A stretch of 25,827 nucleotides of DNA from Acholeplasma sp. (GTDB taxonomy: Bacteria; Bacillota_I; Bacilli_A; Acholeplasmatales; UBA5453): NCBI GenBank assembly GCA_036677365.1, contig JAVBWN010000010.1, positions 1 through 25,827 of the forward strand. Reading direction: 5' to 3'. A program made the translations under genes and the position numbers. Below are positions 19,861-25,827 of the stretch, one piece after another. Position 1 is the first letter of the stretch. Every line of letters starts with the position of its first letter. A model generated the notes under the pieces. It was given only the letters and a program-made list of their open reading frames with translations. It made no database searches and was not told the origin of the DNA.

Positions 19861-20988
19861 TTATTTTTTACTTTGTAGCCATGATGGCAATTTATTGGAT
19901 TTTTTCTCTTCTTTTGGTGCTTCTACCACTGGGGCTTGTTTTTCAAATCCCGATGGGGTGAGTTTGACTTGGTCATTGGTGGTCTTTTTAAAGATTTGGG
20001 TTGCAAAATCATCAATCGTAGACTCTTTGGCTTTGAGTTCATAGCCGGTAGCAATCACAGTGACAATCATTTCATCTTTCAAATCTTCATTCAAGGCTGT
20101 ACCGTAAATGACGTTGAGTTCAAAATCTGTGGCATTTCTAATCTCATCTAAAGCTTGTGAAACTTCAAATAGGGTAATGTTGGTGCCTGAGGTGATGTTG
20201 ACAATCGCATCGGTAGCACCGTCAATCGACACTTCTAATAATTTCGAGTGGATCGCTTTACGTGCTGCTTCAATGGCTCTATTTTCACCGGCAGCAATCC
20301 CAATACCCATGAGTGCCGTCCCTTTGTTTTCCATGACTGTTCGGACGTCAGCGAAGTCCACGTTGATTAGACCAGGTACTGCGATGATTTCAGCAATCCC
20401 TTGGACCCCTTGTCTTAAAACGTTGTCTGCTTCTCTAAATGCATCGAGCATTTGGGTATTCGGTTCGATGATTGATAACAAACGTTCATTTGGAATCACG
20501 ATGAGTGTGTCCACGAATTGCTTTAATTCTTCTAACCCTGCAATGGCTGCTTGGGTTCGTGCTGGACCTTCAAAGGCGAATGGTTTGGTAACAATACCAA
20601 TCGTCAAGCAGCCCATTTCTTTTGCCAATCGGGCAATGATTGGCGCTGCACCGGTTCCAGTACCGCCACCCATGCCGGCAGTAATAAACACCATATCGGC
20701 ATCGCTCAATACGGCTCTTATTTCATCCTCGGATTCCAACGCGGCACGTTTGCCTACTTCAGGCTTTGCACCAGCACCCAACCCTCTGGTTAAATGTTTT
20801 CCAATTTGTAGTCTTTTCTCAGCGCGAGATACTCTCAACACTTGGGCATCGGTATTCACTGCTACGAATTCTACACCTTTTACATCGTTCTCAATCATGC
20901 GATTGACGGCGTTCCCGCCACCACCACCAACACCGATAACTTTAATGACCGGCTTTTGGTTGAAGTTGTCATTTTCGCCAAATACCAT
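19861..20988 (-). CDS. ftsZ: Cell division protein FtsZ
   Basis: [17 protein letters not shown], tubulin signature GGGTGTG and INVDFADV. Confidence 0.98.
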   Translation of the reverse strand: MVFGENDNFNQKPVIKVIGVGGGGGNAVNRMIENDVKGVEFVAVNTDAQVLRVSRAEKRLQIGKHLTRGLGAGAKPEVGKRAALESEDEIRAVLSDADMVFITAGMGGGTGTGAAPIIARLAKEMGCLTIGIVTKPFAFEGPARTQAAIAGLEELKQFVDTLIVIPNERLLSIIEPNTQMLDAFREADNVLRQGVQGIAEIIAVPGLINVDFADVRTVMENKGTALMGIGIAAGENRAIEAARKAIHSKLLEVSIDGATDAIVNITSGTNITLFEVSQALDEIRNATDFELNVIYGTALNEDLKDEMIVTVIATGYELKAKESTIDDFATQIFKKTTNDQVKLTPSGFEKQAPVVEAPKEEKKSNKLPSWLQSKK

Positions 20989-21082
20989 AATACCCCTCCT
21001 AAAAATTTGTTGTAAACAACCTAAGTTAATTTTACACTAATTGGCTTATAATTAAAAGATATATAAGCGATTTTAACACAAG

Positions 21083-22192
21083 TCACTTCAAATAGCCATA
21101 ACGCGTAAAAAATTCTTTTTTAAAGTCTAATAAGCGGTCTTCTAATATCGCTTGTCGAATCTCTTTCATCAAATGTTTTAAAAACGCCAGGTTTTGATAG
21201 GTCATGATGCGCATCCCTAAAATTTCTTCTGCTTTGAATAAATGACGAATATAGCTTTTTGTATACTTCGAGAATGGGGTTTGCAGATTGGGGTCTAATG
21301 GGGTCATATCCATCTCAAACTGCTTATTTCGGATTTGGATTTTTCCCATGGTCGTAAAAGCGGTACCGTGTCTGGCGTTACGTGTTGGTAGGACGCAATC
21401 GAACATATCCACCCCACGAATCACACCCTCAACCAAATCGTCTGGTGACCCAACACCCATCAAATAACGGGGTTTATCCTTTGGCATGACTGGGTTTAAT
21501 AAATCCAGAATGCGATACATTTCCGATTTCGATTCCCCAACCGATAATCCCCCAATGGAATACCCTGGGAAATCCATTTCAATCAATCTTTTCGCGCTTT
21601 CTAAACGCAAGTCATCATATAAGCCACCTTGAACAATACCAAACAGTGCTTGGTCTGTTTTGAGTGCTTTTTTGCCGCGTTCAGCCCATCTTAAGGTGCG
21701 CTCAAGGGAGTCTTTGGTATACGCATAACTGGCGTCATGTGGTGGACACTCATCAAAACTCATGATGATGTCAGCCCCTAGTTTTTCTTGTATTTCGATG
21801 GCTTTTTCAGGTGATAAGAAGAGCGATTCTCCACTCTTGTGGTGTTTAAAATACACCCCTTCTTCTTTGATTTTTCGCATATCGGTGAGTGAAAATACTT
21901 GAAATCCACCACTGTCGGTTAATAAAGCGCCATCCCAGTGCATGAACCCGCGGATCCCACCATGGGCTTTCACGATATCTTCCCCTGGTTGTAACCACAA
22001 ATGATAGGTATTGCCTAAAATCAATCCATCCGAGGCGGCCTTGATTTCTTCAGGTGTCAATGTTTTGACGGTCGCTAGGGTGCCTACCGGCATAAAAATG
22101 GGCGTTTCAAACGTCCCATGGGGTGTATGGAGTAATCCGTATCTTGCGCCGGATTGTTTACATGTATGTAATAGTTCAAATCTAATTGCCAT
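21083..22192 (-). CDS. tgt: tRNA-guanine(34) transglycosylase (369 aa)
   Basis: [38 protein letters not shown] and [10 protein letters not shown]. Start moved to ATG 22192 after AGAGGA. Confidence 0.97.
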   Translation of the reverse strand: MAIRFELLHTCKQSGARYGLLHTPHGTFETPIFMPVGTLATVKTLTPEEIKAASDGLILGNTYHLWLQPGEDIVKAHGGIRGFMHWDGALLTDSGGFQVFSLTDMRKIKEEGVYFKHHKSGESLFLSPEKAIEIQEKLGADIIMSFDECPPHDASYAYTKDSLERTLRWAERGKKALKTDQALFGIVQGGLYDDLRLESAKRLIEMDFPGYSIGGLSVGESKSEMYRILDLLNPVMPKDKPRYLMGVGSPDDLVEGVIRGVDMFDCVLPTRNARHGTAFTTMGKIQIRNKQFEMDMTPLDPNLQTPFSKYTKSYIRHLFKAEEILGMRIMTYQNLAFLKHLMKEIRQAILEDRLLDFKKEFFTRYGYLK

Positions 22193-22209
22193 ATTGATTC
22201 CTCTTTCCA

Positions 22210-22238
22210 TTGAAATTATACCACAGAAGTGTTATATT
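22210..22238 (+). promoter_or_regulatory. Sigma70/A promoter for riboswitch-queT
   Basis: TTGAAA (22210-22215), 17 bp, TATATT (22233-22238) with a TG extension. Confidence 0.6.
22215..22223 (-). promoter_or_regulatory. Extended -10 promoter for tgt
   Basis: TGgTATAAT on the minus strand, about 20 bp upstream of the start codon. Confidence 0.55.
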
Positions 22239-22255
22239 TGTTATTGGCTTATGCC

Positions 22256-22291
22256 CGCAGTACTAGTTACCTGCGAAACCAAAACAAGGAG
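22256..22291 (+). ncRNA. preQ1 class I riboswitch (translational type)
   Basis: CGCAG-UACUAGUUAC-CUGCG-AAACCAAAACAAG-GAG: 5-bp P1, 10-nt loop ending in the ligand-pairing C, and an A-rich tail running into the AAGGAG RBS of queT. The register matches the 33-nt T. tengcongensis aptamer as I recall it. Confidence 0.9.
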
Positions 22292-22302
22292 AATAACTGA
22301 AT

Positions 22303-22788
22303 ATGCTTCATTTTACCTTAAAAGATTGGATTCGACAATCTTTGATTGCAGCCCTTTACGTCGTATTGGTGCTTCTATTTTTACCCATCAGCTTCGGCGA
22401 AATTCAATTTCGCGTGGCTGAATTATTATTGATTGTTGTCTTTTTTGACAAGAAAGCCATCGTTGGATTGACCGTTGGTACATTTGTTGCAAACATGTAC
22501 AGTCCAGGTCCACAATTGCCATTTGACTTAACCCTAGGGGTTTTGGCCACCTTCTTGAGCGTGGTATCGATGGTGTGGATTAAAAACAAATATGTAGCAT
22601 TACTCGCACCCACCCTATTCAATGGCATCATTGTTGGATTCATCTTGAATGTCGTGTGGGGCTTACCTTTATGGTTAACCATGGGGTATGTCGCGATTGG
22701 TGAATTTGGTGTGACTTATATTGTCGGATTACCGATGTATAAAATACTCAATCGAAACCCAGGATTTAAATCACTTTTCGAAGAATAA
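22303..22788 (+). CDS. queT: QueT family queuosine-precursor transporter
   Basis: IAALYVVL..PISFGEIQFRVAELL, multiple TM helices, preQ1 riboswitch upstream, divergent from tgt. Confidence 0.9.
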   Translation: MLHFTLKDWIRQSLIAALYVVLVLLFLPISFGEIQFRVAELLLIVVFFDKKAIVGLTVGTFVANMYSPGPQLPFDLTLGVLATFLSVVSMVWIKNKYVALLAPTLFNGIIVGFILNVVWGLPLWLTMGYVAIGEFGVTYIVGLPMYKILNRNPGFKSLFEE

Positions 22789-22810
22789 AGGCGCAGATTT
22801 TGCGCCTTTT
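22787..22810. terminator. Bidirectional terminator between convergent genes
   Basis: aaaggcgca-gattt-tgcgcctttt perfect stem. Confidence 0.8.
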
Positions 22811-22811
22811 C

Positions 22812-23153
22812 TTATCTAAAACCAAGGTTTCTCAATGTTTTTTCAACCAAACCTACAAAGTTGTTTTCAGCACCCCAGTTGAACTTAATGAGTACGCCTG
22901 TTGACCCACCCGTACTCACAGCATCCACGGTGATTCGATCATCGATTTGTGAAATCATGACCGATAAACTCGCACGGTTGCCTGCGCGATAATAATATTT
23001 TTCGAACACCATCATGCGAGACTGGCCATTTTCAAAGGTTGCTTTCACATCCAAACGACATTCACCTGTGATTGAACCATTGACCACTTCATTGTAAATT
23101 GCGCCACTTACTTGATCGATGGTACCGGTACCTACCATTCTTAAGCTAGACAT
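22812..23153 (-). CDS. Small conserved hypothetical protein, probably DUF6054 family
   Basis: VFEKYYYRAGNRASLSV..STGGS....NWGAENNF pattern (family call from recall); AAGGAG RBS; overlaps the mutY stop. Confidence 0.6.
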   Translation of the reverse strand: MSSLRMVGTGTIDQVSGAIYNEVVNGSITGECRLDVKATFENGQSRMMVFEKYYYRAGNRASLSVMISQIDDRITVDAVSTGGSTGVLIKFNWGAENNFVGLVEKTLRNLGFR

Positions 23154-24165
23154 TTATTTTCTCCTTTAAAATTATTTGTTTATGTGCTGTTGCCATAGCG
23201 ATATCCTCAAATGATTGCACTAAAGTATGTGCTTTAGCGGCTTGAATTTTGCCATAATAGACATCCATGTGCCAGATGAGATGGGTAAAGACATGTTTAT
23301 AATGACCCAGTGGTCGGGTGTAAAATACCTCCAACCCATCCGCAGACAATGCCTCAAGGGCATAAGCCAAATCCTCTGCTTCTACTTGAGGTAACAAATA
23401 GAGTCCTTTTAATAAGTTATCGGTGACTTTTTCAACGACAAATTTACCCGAGGTATCCACCAAAATAAACGTGATAAAATGATATTCTTTTTTGGTTTTT
23501 GCTTTGGCTTTAATCGGCAGTAAATATTGCAAGTCTTTGGCTTTTGCCAAGCAATGCGTAGAAACGGGACAAATGTCACATTTCGGTTGGTGTTTGGTAC
23601 AGAGGGTAGCCCCCAATTCGATGATGGCTTGTGTGTAAAGATGCGGTTTTTCATCATCCAGTAATGTATGATTTAATGCTGTGATCTCTTTTTTAGTTGC
23701 ATCGAGTGCGATGTCTGATTCTACTGCGAAATAACGCGACAGTACACGTAAAACATTGCCATCCACGGCACTTCTTTTTTGATGAAAAGCAATCGACAAA
23801 ATCGCCCCAGCTGTGTATTCGCCAATCCCTTTTAATTGAATCAGTTCTTCATAGGTATTGGGAAAAATACCTTGATGCTTCGACATAATCACTTTGGCTG
23901 TTGTTTGCATATTTCTCACACGAGAATAATAACCCAGTCCTTCCCAAAGTTTCATCAATAAGGCTTCATCACATGCCGCCAAATCCTGAATGGTGGGTAA
24001 TGTTTGTATGAATCTTTGATAATAGGGGATGACCGTTGCAGCTTGGGTTTGCTGTAACATGATTTCAGATACCCAGATATAATACGGGTCTTCGGTATGT
24101 CGCCATGGTAAATCACGAGCGCTTTTTTCATACCAAGCGATGAGTTTACTTGAAAAATGACTCAT
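23146..24165 (-). CDS. mutY: A/G-specific adenine glycosylase MutY (about 339 aa)
   Basis: RDLPWR, WVSEIMLQQT, WEGLGYYSR, HhH LKGIGEYTAGAI, VDGNV, 4Fe-4S motif C-X6-C-X2-C-X5-C and HVFTH. Confidence 0.95.
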   Translation of the reverse strand: MSHFSSKLIAWYEKSARDLPWRHTEDPYYIWVSEIMLQQTQAATVIPYYQRFIQTLPTIQDLAACDEALLMKLWEGLGYYSRVRNMQTTAKVIMSKHQGIFPNTYEELIQLKGIGEYTAGAILSIAFHQKRSAVDGNVLRVLSRYFAVESDIALDATKKEITALNHTLLDDEKPHLYTQAIIELGATLCTKHQPKCDICPVSTHCLAKAKDLQYLLPIKAKAKTKKEYHFITFILVDTSGKFVVEKVTDNLLKGLYLLPQVEAEDLAYALEALSADGLEVFYTRPLGHYKHVFTHLIWHMDVYYGKIQAAKAHTLVQSFEDIAMATAHKQIILKEKINV

Positions 24166-24685
24166 CGATGTCTCGGATTCTGATGCCACAATGTGGAATC
24201 ATGTCATCGATATTGGTAAATGTGCCCATGACAATGCCATGGCATACAACGATGACTTTTTTATATTTTAAATAAGGTTTGATGGCATTGTGCGTACGTT
24301 TCGATAACACCTCAAACGATTCCCAAGGAAACTCAGTTTGATCGCTTCTTATACCCCTTTGAGCCATAAATTCTGGGTAGGCTAAATCCAAGTCTTTACG
24401 GTCACCAAACGTGGTATCTGGCATCCATTCGTGCAAATCGTTTTCGACAGTTAACGGAATTTGTGTGATACGTGAAATGATGGCTGCGGTTTGTAAAGCC
24501 CGTGTATAAGGCGATGCCACAATCAATTCAGCATCTTGTAAAATGGCTTCTTTAGCAACCATTTCTGCTTGTGATACGCCACGATCTGTCAGTTTGCCTA
24601 AATCATAACCTTGATTCTTGTAACCACGTGCGATCACTTCATCGTAACGCGGTTCCCCATGTCTAATAAAAATAAATGTTGTCAT
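24146..24685 (-). CDS. Histidine phosphatase family protein (179 aa)
   Basis: FIRHGE, LT..G..QA, SPYTRALQTA and VVCHG. Start at the ATG after AGGTGA. Confidence 0.9.
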   Translation of the reverse strand: MTTFIFIRHGEPRYDEVIARGYKNQGYDLGKLTDRGVSQAEMVAKEAILQDAELIVASPYTRALQTAAIISRITQIPLTVENDLHEWMPDTTFGDRKDLDLAYPEFMAQRGIRSDQTEFPWESFEVLSKRTHNAIKPYLKYKKVIVVCHGIVMGTFTNIDDMIPHCGIRIRDIDESFFK

Positions 24686-24702
24686 TTTAATCACCTATCC
24701 CA

Positions 24703-24711
24703 AGTATAACA
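24703..24711 (-). promoter_or_regulatory. Extended -10 promoter for the phosphatase-mutY operon
   Basis: TGtTATACT on the minus strand upstream of the RBS. Confidence 0.45.
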
Positions 24712-24772
24712 TAATTTCATGTGTCGATAAATAAACATTTTAGGTCATATTTATCGGATGTATAGCATCGTA

Positions 24773-24781
24773 TGTTATAAT
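24773..24781 (+). promoter_or_regulatory. Extended -10 promoter for the nitroreductase
   Basis: TGtTATAAT, 9 bp before a GAGGAAG RBS. Confidence 0.55.
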
Positions 24782-24804
24782 TGGACTGTGAGGAAGTGAG
24801 GCTG

Positions 24805-25422
24805 ATGAACCCTATGAATAACCAATTTGATGATATAATACTCAATCGAAGATCCATTCGTAAATACCAACCCTTCGACTTATCCAAAGAAACGATTGAA
24901 GCGATTCTTACCATGGCTTTGCGTGCACCGTCATCCAGAAACTTTCAACCATGGACGATTCGTGTGATCCATTCGTTGGAGGCTAAGGCAAAGTATTCTC
25001 ATTTATTCGTTTCGAATCGAAATCAATACGAGACGGCTTCAGCGATGATCATCCTGTTTGCCGATACCCGTTATGCCAGTCGAGCAAAGGAAATATATGA
25101 ACGCGCCATCGAACAAGGTCTCATGACCCCTGAAGCCAAAGAAAAACAGTTGTTGAATATCCAAAATCAACAGACCAATCCTGTTGATGTCATCAAAACT
25201 GCCCATTTAAATACCGGACTTTTAGCGATGGGTATTATGCTGTCTGCAAGACATTTCGGCTTGGATACTTGCCCCATTGCCGGTTTCGATAAAACAAATG
25301 CCCCTGCAGCATTCAATTTAGAGCACCATGAAGCGATTCTAGCAATATCGATTGGTAAAGCGCTTGATCCTGGTTATGCTTCTGTAAGACTGCCTTTAAA
25401 AGATGTCTTAAGTATTGAATAA
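24805..25422 (+). CDS. Nitroreductase family protein (about 205 aa)
   Basis: RRSIRKY, APSSRNFQPW, GLDTCPIAGFD, ISIGK and terminal RLP. Start is 24805 or 24814. Confidence 0.92.
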   Translation: MNPMNNQFDDIILNRRSIRKYQPFDLSKETIEAILTMALRAPSSRNFQPWTIRVIHSLEAKAKYSHLFVSNRNQYETASAMIILFADTRYASRAKEIYERAIEQGLMTPEAKEKQLLNIQNQQTNPVDVIKTAHLNTGLLAMGIMLSARHFGLDTCPIAGFDKTNAPAAFNLEHHEAILAISIGKALDPGYASVRLPLKDVLSIE

Positions 25423-25437
25423 ATCGAATTTTATATT

Positions 25438-25480
25438 AAAAAGATGCTCGTGGTTTTTAACCAACGAACATCTTTTTTTT
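25438..25480 (+). terminator. Rho-independent terminator of the nitroreductase
   Basis: aaaaagatg-c-tcgt-ggtt...aacc-a-acga-a-catcttttt hairpin with an 8-T run. Confidence 0.8.
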
Positions 25481-25637
25481 ATTTACTAGGAAAGTTCGTC
25501 TTTTATTGTTCAATCATCTAACAATCATTTAAGCTTTTTGATAGAAATATCCATAAAACACCCATTAATATGCCTTCTTTTATGACTTTCTATATAATTA
25601 AATATTCATATAAAATATATATTTTATGAGTTATTTA

Positions 25638-25663
25638 TGGTATAATTTAGGTAAGAAAGGAGG
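25638..25663 (+). promoter_or_regulatory. Extended -10 promoter and strong RBS of the tnpB-like gene
   Basis: TGgTATAAT at 25638-25646 and AAAGGAGG at 25656-25663. Confidence 0.7.
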
Positions 25664-25672
25664 AATCGTTTT

Positions 25673-25827
25673 ATGCCTTATAAAGCCCTGAAAACAAGAC
25701 TCTACTTGAATTCAAATCAACACCAGTTTCTAATATCATTAATGCGTGCTTCAAGAAGTCTCTATAATCAAGCCCTTTATAATGTAAGACAACATTTTAT
25801 AAAAACCAATGGCTACTTATCCTATAA
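25673..25827 (+). CDS. tnpB: TnpB/InsQ-family RNA-guided endonuclease, N-terminal fragment (runs off window)
   Basis: Manual translation gives MPYKALKTRLYLNSNQHQFLISLMRASRSLYNQALYNVRQHFIKTNGYLSY. The K.RLY..Q and LYN.ALY..RQ.F....YLSY pattern is typical of TnpB N-termini. The RuvC domain is not visible. Confidence 0.78.
   Translation, partial: MPYKALKTRLYLNSNQHQFLISLMRASRSLYNQALYNVRQHFIKTNGYLSY

Larger units (their letters stand above)
25482..25827 (+). mobile_element. Left part of a putative tnpB-carrying element (end module, promoter, tnpB 5' end); truncated by window edge
   Basis: End module repeated in inverted form at 1-140, followed by a promoter, RBS and TnpB-like ORF; no tnpA upstream. 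Confidence 0.6.

Noticed and set aside
20108..21040. 310-aa plus-strand ORF antisense to ftsZ
   Set aside because: It is an in-register antisense shadow of a highly conserved gene, Ser/Pro/Ile-rich, with no RBS or recognisable motif.
141..25481. Whole block as cargo of a composite transposon or genomic island
   Set aside because: Content is core housekeeping (ftsZ, ileS, thyA), and the modules appear to face outward from the block. Independent insertions, possibly causing contig breaks, are more parsimonious.
25605..25632. Resemblance of box B to a chromosomal dif site (central TATATA/TGTATA hexamer)
   Set aside because: The arms do not match the XerD consensus TTATGT(T/A)AA, and two inverted copies 25 kb apart do not fit a chromosomal dif.
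1..25827. CRISPR array, tRNA or rRNA genes
   Set aside because: No regularly spaced repeats or cloverleaf/rRNA signatures were seen; intergenic gaps are short and mostly explained by terminators, promoters and riboswitches.

Overview
This window is low-GC bacterial chromosomal DNA in the standard genetic code (TGA is used as stop). Gene content and the reduced cell-division cluster suggest an Acholeplasmatales-like Mollicute or related Bacillota lineage; that is inference only. Most genes are minus-strand housekeeping genes. In transcription order (right to left) they are: histidine phosphatase-mutY-DUF6054-like, tgt, ftsZ-ychF-yggS-sepF-ylmH, T-box-ileS-surE-hypothetical-YgjV-like-deoC-deoD-ymfF-ymfH, ssb, pepV-thyA-folA-plsC, and a PAS-GAF hybrid histidine kinase with an OmpR-type regulator. 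The plus strand carries a preQ1-I riboswitch with queT, a nitroreductase, and at the right edge the first 51 codons of a TnpB-like gene that the ORF track missed. The most notable observation is that both window ends carry the same non-coding module in inverted orientation (1-140 vs 25482-25621). Each copy has a 30-bp box (28/30 identical) and a 31-bp box (26/31 identical) separated by a diverged spacer of exactly 79 bp. Each begins just after the U-tract of a host terminator, and the right copy leads into the tnpB-like promoter with no transposase in between. The Tgt also appears to have lost all four zinc ligands.
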